Positions 29,715-41,023 are shown, numbered from the stretch's first letter. The stretch is DNA of 64,000 nucleotides from an uncultured delta proteobacterium (GCA_963803435.1 CAWDML010000001.1:2112001-2176000); one strand, 5' to 3'. Notes: a model not told the origin generated them from the sequence alone. A program made the numbers and translations.

Positions 29715-32346
29715 TCACCCCTTCAGCAACTTGATGGCCAGATTGAGGTCGGAGATCACCTCATCCATCCCGGCGTACCGCTGGGCCGGCTTCCGCTCCA
29801 TGCAGCGCTTCACTAGCTGCCGGACCAGCCCGGGGACGTGGACGCGGTCCGGCAGCGGCGGCGGCGGCTTCGTGACCCGTTTGATCAGGTCGTCGAGCGA
29901 TCCCCCGAAGGGCGGCTTGCCTGCCAGCATCTCGTACAGCATCACACCCAGCGAGAAGATGTCGGCGCGGCCGTCGACCTCCTTGCCGCGCGCCTGCTCG
30001 GGCGCCATGTACCGCATCGTCCCCACCATCATCCCGGCGCCCTTCTGATCGCCGAGGCTGCTGGCGACGCCGAAGTCGGTGAGACGCACTCGCCCGTTGC
30101 GATCCACCATCACGTTCGTCGGCTTGACGTCCCGGTGGACGATGGCGGCCTCGTGGACGGCCGCCAGCGCGGAGGAGACGTCCCGGGTGATCCGGAGCGC
30201 GAGATAGGGGTTGAGCGCCTTCCTCCGGACCAGCTCCTTCAAGGTCCGCCCCTTGAAGTACTCCATCGCCATGAAGGTGAGGCCGCGCTCCTCGCCGAAG
30301 TCGAAGATCGCGATGCACGAGGCGTGGTGAACGCGCGCGGCCAGCCGCGCCTCGCGGAGGAAGCGCTCCAGCCCCTCCGGGTCCCGCGCGACCTGCTCGT
30401 TGAGCACCTTGATCGCGACGGCGCGATCGAGCACCTGGTCCCGCGCGAGGTACACGTGCGCCTGCGCCCCGCGCCCGACCAAGCGCTCGATCCGGAACCG
30501 TCCGCGCAGCACCACACCCTCGAGCGCGTGCGTCTGTCCCTCGGCGGGGAACGGCTTGGCGAAGTCGGGCGGAGGAGGAAGATCGCTCGACTGCAGCCCG
30601 CGGAGCTGCTCGTCGATCAGGTCCATCGTCGACAGCTTCTTCGACGGGCCGCCCGCGGTCGGCTCCTCGCCCAGCTCGTCGTCCTCGTCGTCGTCGTCGA
30701 ACGTCGGATGCTTCGAGATCGACGACACCATCGAGCCCGACACGGACTCCGGCGGCACCGTCGGATTCGAGGCTGAGATCGTCGACCGGAGGCATCGGCG
30801 AGCGCGAGGATGGATCGACCGGCACGCCCAGGTACGAGAGGCTGGGGCTCGAGGGTGTGCTCTGGTCCGAGATGGAGAGAGGTCCGGACGTCGACGCGGG
30901 GCGCGGGATCACGGCCTGCGGTCCGCTCGGGACGCCGTTGGTCGGCGGTGTCGGAGGCACGTCGGCCGAGTCCGACTCCCGCAGGTGCAGCAGGCGATCG
31001 CCGAGATCCCGGTACTGAGGGTCGTACATCGCCGCGGTCTGATACGCGTTGCGGGCGCCGGCCAGATAACCCTCGAGCTCCAGCAACCGGCCGTACTGGT
31101 AGAGCGCCTGAAGATGCTGGGGACCCGGCGCGATGCCGGCGAACAGCCCCTGCAGGACCTTGAGGGCCGCCTGGTTGTCGCCCTGCTCCGCCAGCACCTC
31201 GGCGAGCACCGTGCGCACCGCGATGTAGTCCTTGTGGTCCTTCTCGACGAGCTCGAGGAACGCGGTCGCCTCACGGTAGCGCGACGGATTGCCCGCCCGC
31301 GCCAGCGAGAGGGCTGCCGCCGACGCGTTGAGAAAGTCGCCGGCGTCGAGGTACGCCTTGATCTGCACCTCGGCATCGTTGGACCGGACGCCGAGGGCCG
31401 CCGCGTCGGACTCGCGCCCGGCCGCACGGAGGCAGCGGATCGCCTGTTGGACCTGGCCGAGCCGCTCGTACAGCTGGGCCGCGGTCTCGAAGGTCCCTGC
31501 CCGCTCGTACGCCGCCGCGGCCTTCTGGATCTCGCCGATGTACTCGTACAGACGACCCGCCTGGCCGAAGCTGTCGGACTCCTCGAAGTGGGCCGCGGCC
31601 TCCGACAGTCGGCCTTCCATCTCCGCCCGGATCCCGAGCAGCTGATGCGCCTTCTTGTCGTCGCCGATCTCCCGCGCAACCTCGGCCGCGGCCAGGTAGT
31701 CGCCGCTCTGGGCGAGCATCTCGATCGCCTCGCGCGCCCGGCCGGCCCGCGCCATCAGCTTGCCCGCGAAGACGTTCTGGCCGCCCCAGGCGAGCACGCG
31801 GACCGCCTGGTCGAGCATCCCGATCTCCGCGTAGAGGACGCCCGCGCGCCGGCACACCTCCGAGGCCTCGTGCCCGAACAGGCGCCGGGATCCGTCGCCG
31901 CCGAGCGCGCGGATCATGAGATCGGCCGCGTTGCGCTTGGCGCCGGCCCGCTCGTAGAGGAACGCCGCCCGCACCAGATCGCCTTGCTGATCGTAGATCG
32001 CGGCCGCCTCGAGGAACGCCTCCGCCTTCTCGAATAGCTCCGCCGCCATGATGGGCTCACCGGCCTGGAGGCGCACGCGGGCCGAGTTGAGGTAGTGGCC
32101 GGCCTTGAACCAGAGATGGGCCGCCCTCCGGAGGTCCCCGGCCTGCTCCGCGAGCGCCGCGGCCCGGCTGTAGTCGCGCGCATTCTCGCAGATGTTGATC
32201 GCAGCCTCGATCTCGCCCCGCCCGACGAGGATCTCCGTCGCGTCGGCGAGCAGCTGGGATCCGCGCGACGCGTCGCCCCTCACGAATGCCCGTTCGGCCG
32301 CCGTCACCAGCTCAGTGACGGCCGGATCGCCGTGAAAGAGGCTCAA
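29715..32346 (-). CDS. TPR/alpha-solenoid repeat protein with C-terminal Ser/Thr kinase, apparent frameshift near 30764
   Basis: Many AA.LYE.AG repeats in 29761..32346; kinase in 29715..30758 (GRGAQA, VAIK, HRDVKPTN, DFG, GTMRYMAPE). Confidence 0.83.
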
Positions 32347-32448
32347 AGCTGCATCACCCTAGCGCACGCCGTGACGGCGTAAAACGCCCGTCCTCGTACA
32401 ATGTGCGCCGATGGACCGGGCCGCCCTTCTCGGTTAGTAATCGGCCCA

Positions 32449-33873
32449 TTGTCCAGGCTCGAAACCATCCACCTGATGGGCATCTGCGGTACCGGTATGG
32501 GAAGCTTCGCCGGCCTCCTCCAGAAGGCCGGTCATCGCGTCCGCGGCAGTGACGAGAATGTCTACCCGCCCATGTCGGACAGGTTGCGGAGCTGGGGCAT
32601 CCCGATCCTCGAAGGCTACCGGCCCGAGAACCTCGACCCTGCGCCCGACCTCGTGATCATCGGCAACGTGATCAAGAAGACGAACCCCGAGGCGCAGGCG
32701 GTCTTCGATCGGCGGCTCCCGTACACGTCCTTCCCGAAGGCGCTCGGCGACTTCTTCCTGGCGAAGAAGCACAGCATCGTCGCCAGCGGCACGCACGGCA
32801 AGACCACCACGGCCAGTCTGATTGCATGGATCCTCACGAACGCCGGCCTCGATCCGGGGATGCTGATCGGCGGCGTGCCCGGAAACTTCGGCGAGGGCTT
32901 CCGGCTCGGCGAGGGCGAGTACTTCGTGATCGAGGGCGACGAATACGACACGGCCTTCTTCGACAAGGTCCCCAAGTTCCTGCACTACCGTCCCACGACC
33001 GCGGTCATCACCTCGATCGAGTTCGATCACGCCGACATCTACGAGGACGTCGATGCCATCGAGCGCGAGTTCGAGAAGCTCGTCGAGCTGGTCCCCGGCA
33101 CCGGCAAGATCGTCGCCTGCGCCTCCTCACCCCGGGTGATGCGCGTGATCCACCACGCCAAGTGCGACGTCGAGACGTACACCGCCCGCGAGGGCACGCG
33201 CGCCACCTGGCACGCCCGCGATATCCAGATTGACGAGGCCCGCACCTCGTTCCTGGTGTATCGCGAGAACATCCGCCTGGGACGGTTCGAGCTCCCGCTG
33301 GCCGGCGTCCACAACGTGGAGAACGCGGTGGCCGCCATCGCCGTCACCTCGGGCGCGGACCTCTCCGTCGCCGACATCAAGGTCGCGCTCGCCGACTTCA
33401 AGGGTGTGGCGCGCCGCCAGACCGTACGCGCCGAGATCGATGGCATCCGGATCGTCGACGACTTCGCGCACCACCCCACCGCGGTCCACGAGACCGTCAC
33501 GGCGGTGCGGGCGCGCTACCAGAAGGGCCGGCTGTTCGCGATCTTCGAGCCGAGGACCGCCACCTCCTCGCGACGCTACTTCCAGGAGGAGTACGTCAAG
33601 GCCTTCGACGGCGCCGACGAGGTCCTGATTGCCGCAGTCGGACGCGCCGAGCTCGCGAGCGAGGAGAAGATGGACGTGGCGAAGCTGGTCGCCGAGATCG
33701 CCGCGCGGGGCGTGAAGGCCCGCCACCTCCCCAGCATCGACGAGATCGTGGCGACGCTGGCCCGCGAAGCCCAGCCGCAGGACACCTTGCTGTTCATGAG
33801 CAACGGCGCGTTCGGCGGCATCTACGAGAAGATCGAGGTTGCGCTTCGAGCGCGCCTGGGAAAGGACGCTTGA
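32449..33873 (+). CDS. mpl: Murein peptide ligase Mpl (MurC family)
   Basis: IHLMGICGTGMG, GSDENVYPPMS, SGTHGKTTT, EGDEYDTAFFDK, EFDHADIY, DDFAHHPTA, FMSNGAFGG. Confidence 0.92.
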   Translation: MSRLETIHLMGICGTGMGSFAGLLQKAGHRVRGSDENVYPPMSDRLRSWGIPILEGYRPENLDPAPDLVIIGNVIKKTNPEAQAVFDRRLPYTSFPKALGDFFLAKKHSIVASGTHGKTTTASLIAWILTNAGLDPGMLIGGVPGNFGEGFRLGEGEYFVIEGDEYDTAFFDKVPKFLHYRPTTAVITSIEFDHADIYEDVDAIEREFEKLVELVPGTGKIVACASSPRVMRVIHHAKCDVETYTAREGTRATWHARDIQIDEARTSFLVYRENIRLGRFELPLAGVHNVENAVAAIAVTSGADLSVADIKVALADFKGVARRQTVRAEIDGIRIVDDFAHHPTAVHETVTAVRARYQKGRLFAIFEPRTATSSRRYFQEEYVKAFDGADEVLIAAVGRAELASEEKMDVAKLVAEIAARGVKARHLPSIDEIVATLAREAQPQDTLLFMSNGAFGGIYEKIEVALRARLGKDA

Positions 33874-33874
33874 G

Positions 33875-34819
33875 ATGACCCATTATCTGGTCACCGGCGG
33901 CGCCGGATTCATCGGCTCGAACCTGGTCGAGGCCCTGGTGGGCCGGGGGGAGCGCGTGCGCGTGCTCGACGACTTCTCCACCGGCAAGCGCGAGAACATC
34001 GCGCCGTGGGCCGATCGCATCGAGGTGATCACGGGCTCGATCGCCGACTTCGCCACCTGCCAGCGCGCCATGGCGGGCGTCGACTACGTGCTCCACCAGG
34101 GCGCGCTCCCATCGGTGCCGAAGTCCGTCGAGCTGCCGCGCGAGTCGAACGAGGCCAACGTCTCCGGCACGGTCAACGTGCTGGTCGCCGCGCGCGACGC
34201 GAAGGTGAAGCGCGTGGTCTACGCCGCCTCGTCCTCCGCCTACGGCAACACCGAGGTGCTGCCGAAGGTGGAGTCGATGACGCCCTGCCCGCTGTCTCCG
34301 TACGCGGTGCAGAAGTTCACCGGCGAGCTCTACCTCAAGGTCTTCTACGAGACCTACGGGCTCGAGACCGTGTCGCTCCGCTACTTCAACATCTTCGGTC
34401 CGCGCCAGGATCCGAAGAGCTTCTACGCCGCCGTGATCCCGAAGTTCATCGCCGCCTCGATCAAGGACGAGTCGCCCACGATCTTCGGCGACGGGCGCCA
34501 GTCGCGCGACTTCACGTACATCGACAACGTCGTGCAGGCGAACCTGTCCGCGTGCACCGCCGACAAGAAGTGCGCGGGCCAGGTCATGAACATCGCCTGC
34601 GGCGAGCGGATCGACCTCCTCGAGCTGGCCCGCGTCATCCGGGAGATCGTCGGGACGGGCAAGCCGCCCGTCCACGAGCCGGACCGCGCCGGCGACGTGA
34701 AGCACTCGCTCGCCGACATCTCCCTGGCGAAGGCGTTGATCGGATACGAGCCCCGGGTGAAGTTTGCGGAGGGCATCCGGAAAACGGTCGAGTTCTATCG
34801 ATCGAAACCAACGCCCTAG
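33875..34819 (+). CDS. NAD-dependent nucleotide-sugar epimerase/dehydratase (WbpP-like extended SDR)
   Basis: LVTGGAGFIGSN, ASSSAYG, SPYAVQK (YxxxK), LRYFNIFGPRQ, GDGRQSRDFTY. Confidence 0.92.
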   Translation: MTHYLVTGGAGFIGSNLVEALVGRGERVRVLDDFSTGKRENIAPWADRIEVITGSIADFATCQRAMAGVDYVLHQGALPSVPKSVELPRESNEANVSGTVNVLVAARDAKVKRVVYAASSSAYGNTEVLPKVESMTPCPLSPYAVQKFTGELYLKVFYETYGLETVSLRYFNIFGPRQDPKSFYAAVIPKFIAASIKDESPTIFGDGRQSRDFTYIDNVVQANLSACTADKKCAGQVMNIACGERIDLLELARVIREIVGTGKPPVHEPDRAGDVKHSLADISLAKALIGYEPRVKFAEGIRKTVEFYRSKPTP

Positions 34820-34887
34820 GAGCGTGTAGCGCGTAAGCGCTCACGCGACCCCGGTCCGGGTCCCGGTCCCGGTCCGGGTCCGGGTCT

Positions 34888-35335
34888 CGTACCTTGAAGA
34901 AGGAGCGTAGCGAGAACCGGCGGAATCCTCGTGCCCCTTTGATCTGTCCGAGCGCCGGTTCGACGATACTCTTCCTGCGGGCGTAGACCGCCTTGCGGTC
35001 GCGCGTTTGCAACTTGTCTCGCATTCGCTTGCGAGCGAGCGAGGCAGGTGTGGGCTCCGAAGCTGATGAGGACGGAGTCGACGCGTCTTGGTTCTGTTCG
35101 CGTCCAACAGCGATGTGGGCATCGATCTGATTGTTGTCGCAGAATTCGATGTTGGTCGCGCTCAGATAGCGTTGATCGTCGTGAAGTGGGGATGACTTTC
35201 TCCAGCCAGCACCCGGAATGGAATGTCTTGGTAGGTCGCCCGCGCGATCCTCCGCGACGACGAAACCATGGGATCAAGTCCAGGCGTCGAAGTCGATCCG
35301 CCCAACGATCGATTCCAGACGAAGCGACCTCCAAG
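34888..35335 (-). mobile_element. Internally deleted IS1182-family transposase remnant
   Basis: Minus strand gives SSRRIARATYQDIPFRVLAGESHPHFTTIN (N-terminal DUF772-like) joined to YLSATNIEFC..IDAHIAVGR and MRDKLQT..AVYARRKSIVEPALGQIKGARGFRRFSLR..KVR (IS1182 C-terminal signature). Confidence 0.8.
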
Positions 35336-35352
35336 AACTTCTGCTGGTCAAA

Positions 35353-35747
35353 GTGGACGAGCTACCGCAAGCTAACTTGCATGGTCACTTCGATCACGAG
35401 AAGCTCGAGGTCTACAGCTCGCCGTCGAGTATGCCGACATCGCTGAAGAGATCGCACAAGAACTGCAACCCGGTCACGCTCACGTCCGCGATCAGCTTCG
35501 GCGGGCATCCGATTCCATCGTGAACAACACCGCCGAGGGCGCCGGAGAGTTCAATCCACCTGAGAAGGCTCGCTTCTACCGGATGGCACTTCGCTCTGGC
35601 ACCGAAAGCGCCGCCTCACTCCACACCTGCTTGAGGCGCCGACTCACCAACGAGCAGAAGGTCCAAGCCGCCAGAGCCAAGCTCAAGCGCGTTGTCGAGA
35701 TGCTCACGCGCCTCATCAAGTCGATGAACGCACGCCGGGCTGCATGA
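35353..35747 (+). CDS. Four helix bundle protein (23S rRNA intervening-sequence protein family), apparent frameshift near 35415
   Basis: FDHEKLEVY, then in the shifted frame QLAVE...DQLRRASDSIVNNTAEGAGE...EKARFYRMALRSGTE...MLTRLIKS, the family signature. Confidence 0.82.
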
Positions 35748-35837
35748 TCGCCATCGGGACCGGGACCGGGACCGGGACCCGGACCGGGCTCGCGGTAGCG
35801 CTACGCGCTACACGCTGCTAGTGCTACACTCGTCGGG

Positions 35838-36800
35838 TTGGTCGACTATCCGAAACATCGCGCACCCTGGTGGACCCAATCGGGCACGACGCTGTCCGCC
35901 GACGGCGCCCCGCTGGCGTTCGCCTCGGGTGGGCCGGCGGGCGCCCGCGCGCTCGTGTGCTGCAACGGCCTCGGCGTCTCCACGTTCTTCTGGGACTACC
36001 TGGCCAGCCACTTCGTGAAGGACCACCGCGTCGTGGTCTGGGATTATCGGGGACACGGCGCCTCCGGCTACCCCGCAGACCCGGCGTCGCTGACGATGCC
36101 CGCCCTCGCCGACGATCTCGCCCGCGTCCTCGACGCCAACGACATCGAGCGGGCGGTCCTGCTCGGCCACTCTCTCGGCTGCCAGGTCATCCTGGAGTTC
36201 GCGCACCAGTTTCAAGCCCGCGTCCTGGGTCTGGTCCCCATCCTGGGCGGCTTCGGGCACATCGCGGACACCTTCATCGATCCGCGCGTGGGTCGGGCGA
36301 TGTACGGCGCCGCATACAAGGTCGGGACCGCCATCCCCGAGCTGCTCAGCGTCGGCCTTCGTCTGACCTTGCGGCGCCCGATCGCCTGGCACTTCGCGCG
36401 CCTGACCGGCCTGGTGCACCCGGACCTCTGCAAGAAGGAGGACATGGAGCCGTACATGGAGCACCTGGCCCGGCTCGATCCGCGGATCTTCTTCGAGATG
36501 GCGCGGGCGGCACAGGAGCACGACGCGGGCCCCTACCTCGACGGCCTCCGGGTCCCGACCCTGGTGGTGGCGGGGGAACGAGACCTGTTCACCCCCCGCC
36601 ACCTCTCGGTCGAGCTGGCGCAAAGGCTGGCCCAAGCGGAGATCCTGGAGATTCCCAGGGGCTCCCACGCGGCCCTGATCGAGCAACCCGAGCTGATCAA
36701 CCTCCGTCTGGAGAAGTTCTTGCGCGAGCGCGTCGCCCCCTACGAGGCGGACCTGCCGAACGTCACAGACCTCGCTGCACGGGCACGATCCGCGTCCTAG
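35838..36800 (+). CDS. Alpha/beta hydrolase
   Basis: NGLG, WDYRGHGAS, GHSLG, AGERD, GSHA (catalytic triad pattern). Confidence 0.88.
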   Translation: MVDYPKHRAPWWTQSGTTLSADGAPLAFASGGPAGARALVCCNGLGVSTFFWDYLASHFVKDHRVVVWDYRGHGASGYPADPASLTMPALADDLARVLDANDIERAVLLGHSLGCQVILEFAHQFQARVLGLVPILGGFGHIADTFIDPRVGRAMYGAAYKVGTAIPELLSVGLRLTLRRPIAWHFARLTGLVHPDLCKKEDMEPYMEHLARLDPRIFFEMARAAQEHDAGPYLDGLRVPTLVVAGERDLFTPRHLSVELAQRLAQAEILEIPRGSHAALIEQPELINLRLEKFLRERVAPYEADLPNVTDLAARARSAS

Positions 36801-36835
36801 TCTCTTGCGAGAAACCGTGCGGCTGACTATCACAA

Positions 36836-38791
36836 GTGGTTGAAATCGTGCCGCGCTACGGTCCCAACCCCGCGGCCGCGGGGATCGATACCTCGATCCC
36901 TCCCGAGGAGCGCTACGACATCCTGGGCCGGATCGCCGCCGGCGGCATGGCGGAGATCTATCTGGCCCGCATGTCGATGGGCGGCAACGAGCGCGAGGTG
37001 GTCCTCAAGCGCCTGATGCCCGAGCTCCAGAACGATCACGAGTTCGTCCAGATGTTCTACGACGAGGCCAACATCGCCTCGCAGCTCGTCCACCCGAACA
37101 TCGTCACGATCTTCGAGCTGGGCGAGCTGGACGGCTCCCTCTTCATCGCGATGGAGCTCCTCCGGGGCGTGAACCTGCGCGACCTCCTGGCGCGGATTCA
37201 CGCGCGGGGCGACATCCTCCCCATCCCGCTGGCCGTTCGCATCTGCTCCCACGCGCTGGCGGCGCTCGAGTACGCCCACAACTTCAGCGACCAGCAGGGC
37301 CGGCGGCTCAACGTCGTCCATCGCGACGTGTCCCCGCAGAACCTGATCATCACGTACGACGGCGTCGCCAAGCTGGTGGACTTCGGGGTCGCCAAGGCGG
37401 AGGGGCGCCTTCACCAGACCCGCGCCGGGCTCATCAAGGGCAAGTTCGCCTACATGTCGCCGGAGCAGGTCAGCGGCGGCCAGGTGGACGGGCGCTCGGA
37501 TCTGTTCGCGCTGGCGGAGATCTTCTACGAGCTGCTCCTCCAGCGGCACCCGTTCTACGCCCCGTCCGACATGGAGGTGCTCCGGGCGATCCTCGATCGC
37601 GATCCGCCCCACCCCTCGGCGATCGACGGCGCCTTCCCCCCGGCGCTGGGCGAGATCCTGTTGAAGGCGATGAAGAAGGCGCCGGGCGATCGCTATCAGA
37701 GCGCCGCGCTGATGCAGGACGCGCTCGAGGGCTTCCTGCAGGAGTCGCGCACGCCCGCCAGCACGTCGATGCTGTCCCGCTACGTCAAGGAGCTGTTCGC
37801 AGATCGGATCGACGCCGAGCGAAGGGCCCGCGAGGCGGGGGACGACGACGCGCTGATCGACGCGCTCTCGGTCGGTCATGCGGACCTGGCGCCCCAGAAC
37901 GAGCCGAAGCCCCGGCGCAACAGCTCGGCGGTCCACGTGGTCGATCGGGACTTCGTCCCCAACCAGGACAGCGGCTACCGCGAGCGCGTGGTCGAGATCA
38001 GCCGCGCGCCCTCACCCTCCTCCGATCCGGCCGAGCGTGGCGCGCCCGCCTTCCTCGCCCACAGCGGCGTCCACCACACGGCCGACAGCACGCGCAGGCG
38101 GTTCCAGTCGCAGGTCCGCGGTCTGTTCGAGGTGGCCGACGAGGAGCTGTACGACGATCCGGGGGATCAACCGACGCGGCTCCCCGACGGCGGCCGCATC
38201 CCCACCGAGGACAGCGCGGAGCTGCCAACGATGCTCGGCGCCCTCTCCCGCGAGCAGCTCGAGGACCTGAGGGCCTCCGCCGCCCGGGCCGCCGCGCGGA
38301 AGCAACGCCCCGGCCAGAACGTGACGGTGGGGCCGGCCAGCGAGTCCAAGATCATGGCGGGCCCGTCGGTCCGTCGCGCCCAGGAGCGCGCGCGCCAAAA
38401 GCCCCAACCGCCCAAGCAGAGCGTCACGCACCGCTCGCAGACGGTGCTCGCGAGCGAGGAGCCGGTCAGAAGCCGCGGCGACAAGGTCGGGCTGGTCTTC
38501 TTCGTGGCCGGGCTGGTCGCGCTGATCGTCGCGGTGGCCTACGCCGGGTGGCTGTACACCTCCTCGAGATCGCCCGTGCTCAGCCTCATCGTCCGCTCGT
38601 CTCCGAGCGGGGCCCAGATCAGCCTCGACGGCGTCATCATGGGCAACGCGCCGCAGATGTTCGAGGGCGTCCCAGCGGATCAGGAGCACGTGGTGGTGAT
38701 GGAGCTTCCGAACTACAAGACGTGCACGCGCCGCATCGCGCCCACGGACGTGGGCCAGCTCGCGATCGACTGCGATCTGGAAAAGCGATGA
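36836..38791 (+). CDS. Membrane Ser/Thr protein kinase with C-terminal PEGA-like domain
   Basis: AGGMAEIY, HRDVSPQN, DFGVAK, KGKFAYMSPE; TM; VRSSPSGAQISLDG. Confidence 0.9.
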   Translation: MVEIVPRYGPNPAAAGIDTSIPPEERYDILGRIAAGGMAEIYLARMSMGGNEREVVLKRLMPELQNDHEFVQMFYDEANIASQLVHPNIVTIFELGELDGSLFIAMELLRGVNLRDLLARIHARGDILPIPLAVRICSHALAALEYAHNFSDQQGRRLNVVHRDVSPQNLIITYDGVAKLVDFGVAKAEGRLHQTRAGLIKGKFAYMSPEQVSGGQVDGRSDLFALAEIFYELLLQRHPFYAPSDMEVLRAILDRDPPHPSAIDGAFPPALGEILLKAMKKAPGDRYQSAALMQDALEGFLQESRTPASTSMLSRYVKELFADRIDAERRAREAGDDDALIDALSVGHADLAPQNEPKPRRNSSAVHVVDRDFVPNQDSGYRERVVEISRAPSPSSDPAERGAPAFLAHSGVHHTADSTRRRFQSQVRGLFEVADEELYDDPGDQPTRLPDGGRIPTEDSAELPTMLGALSREQLEDLRASAARAAARKQRPGQNVTVGPASESKIMAGPSVRRAQERARQKPQPPKQSVTHRSQTVLASEEPVRSRGDKVGLVFFVAGLVALIVAVAYAGWLYTSSRSPVLSLIVRSSPSGAQISLDGVIMGNAPQMFEGVPADQEHVVVMELPNYKTCTRRIAPTDVGQLAIDCDLEKR

Positions 38792-39525
38792 TCGTGATCC
38801 CCGCGATCGACCTCAAGGGAGGCCGATGCGTTCGCATGGTCGAGGGCCGCCTCGGGACCGAGCGCGTCGTCAGCCCTGACGCCGTCCTTCAGGCGCAGGC
38901 GTTCGAGCGCGCCGGCGCCGAGCGGATCCACGTGGTGGATCTGGACGGCGCGTTCGAGGGCCGTCCCAGGAACTCCGAGCTGATCGCGCGCATCGTCAGC
39001 GCGGTGTCCGTGCCCGTGGAGGTCGGCGGCGGCCTGCGCGACGAGGCCTCGATCGAGGAGGTCCTCGACGTGGGCGCGGCATTCGCGATCGTCGGCACCA
39101 TGGCGGTGACCGATCCGGAGCGGCTCGCGCGCATCTGCCTCGCCTACCCCGGCCGGATCATCGCGGGCGTCGACGCGCGCGAGGGCAAGGTGGCGACCGA
39201 CGGCTGGGTGGCCGAGTCGAGTCTGACCGCCCTCGAGGTGGCCCGCCGCGCCGCGGACCTCGGCGTGGCCGCCGTGATCACGACCGACATCGCCCGCGAC
39301 GGCACGGGGCGCGGCGTGAACCTCACCGACACGGGCGCGCTGGCCGAGGCGCTCGAGATTCCCGTGATCGCGTCGGGTGGTGTCTCCGGCGTCGACGACC
39401 TCCGCGCGCTGATAGACACCGCGATCTTCGGTGTGGTGGTCGGACGCGCGATCTACGACGGAAGGCTGGATCTGGCGGCGGCGCTCGCCGAGCTCTCGCT
39501 GGATCATTCCGGGCGACCCTCGTAG
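38788..39525 (+). CDS. hisA: Phosphoribosylformimino-AICAR-P isomerase
   Basis: MIVIPAIDLKGGRCVR, IHVVDLDGA, VGGGLR, TDIARDG, IASGG, GRAIY. Confidence 0.95.
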   Translation: MIVIPAIDLKGGRCVRMVEGRLGTERVVSPDAVLQAQAFERAGAERIHVVDLDGAFEGRPRNSELIARIVSAVSVPVEVGGGLRDEASIEEVLDVGAAFAIVGTMAVTDPERLARICLAYPGRIIAGVDAREGKVATDGWVAESSLTALEVARRAADLGVAAVITTDIARDGTGRGVNLTDTGALAEALEIPVIASGGVSGVDDLRALIDTAIFGVVVGRAIYDGRLDLAAALAELSLDHSGRPS

Positions 39526-39534
39526 GCTCCCCCC

Positions 39535-40274
<740 letters not shown>

Positions 40275-40278
<4 letters not shown>

Positions 40279-40997
40279 GCGCCACCCGGATCGACATCGA
40301 CGCGCTCTGGAACGCGGTGACGCCCGACGCCGACGGCCTGGTCCCGTGCGTGGTGCAGGACCTCCGGACGCGCGCCGTGCTGATGGTGGCCTGGGTCTCG
40401 AAGGCCGCGCTCGAGCGATCGATCACCGAGGGCTGGGCCACCTACTACAGCCGCTCACGCCGAAAGCTGTGGACCAAGGGCGAGGTCTCCGGGAACCGGC
40501 AGCGCCTGCTCCACGCACGGCTCGACTGCGACGGTGACACGCTGCTCTATCTGGTCGAGGCCCGCCTGCCCGCCTGTCATGAGGGCTCCGACACCTGCTT
40601 CTCTCGGCGCCAGGTGCGCGGGCGCTGGCGTCGGGAGCCGGTCGAGCTCGGCCAGTCGCCCAGCGAGAAGGCCGCCGTGATCGAAAACCTCGAGACGATC
40701 ATCGACGCGCGGAGGAACGCCGACGTCGAGGCGAAGCCGAGCTACACCCGGCGCCTCCTGGACGGCGGCGTCGAGCAGCAGATCGCGAAGATCGAGGAGG
40801 AGTCCAAGGAGCTCGCCGTGGCGCTGCGCAGCGAGACGGATGAGCGGGTCGTATCGGAGTCGGCCGACGTCCTGTACCACCTGGCCGTGGCCCTCAAGGC
40901 CCGGGACCTGTCCTTCCTCCACGTCTTTCAGGAGCTGGAGCGCCGGCTCGGGATCTCCGGGATCGAGGAGAAGGAAAGCCGGGATAACCCGGAGTAG
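40275..40997 (+). CDS. hisIE: Bifunctional phosphoribosyl-AMP cyclohydrolase / phosphoribosyl-ATP pyrophosphatase
   Basis: [31 protein letters not shown]; [19 protein letters not shown]. Confidence 0.93.
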
Positions 40998-41023
40998 ACC
41001 CAAAAAATTCGATCCGTAGTCTG

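Larger units (their letters stand above)
34816..35821. mobile_element. Inverted-repeat-bounded cassette (REP-like hairpin plus hexamer arrays) flanked by CTAG
   Basis: Left arm 34817-34886 and right arm 35755-35820 are near reverse complements; CTAG at 34816-34819 and 35818-35821; interior GC lower than flanks. Confidence 0.75.

Noticed and set aside
35353-35747. Diversity-generating retroelement (Avd-like gene)
   Set aside because: No reverse transcriptase and no TR/VR pair differing at adenines is visible in the window.
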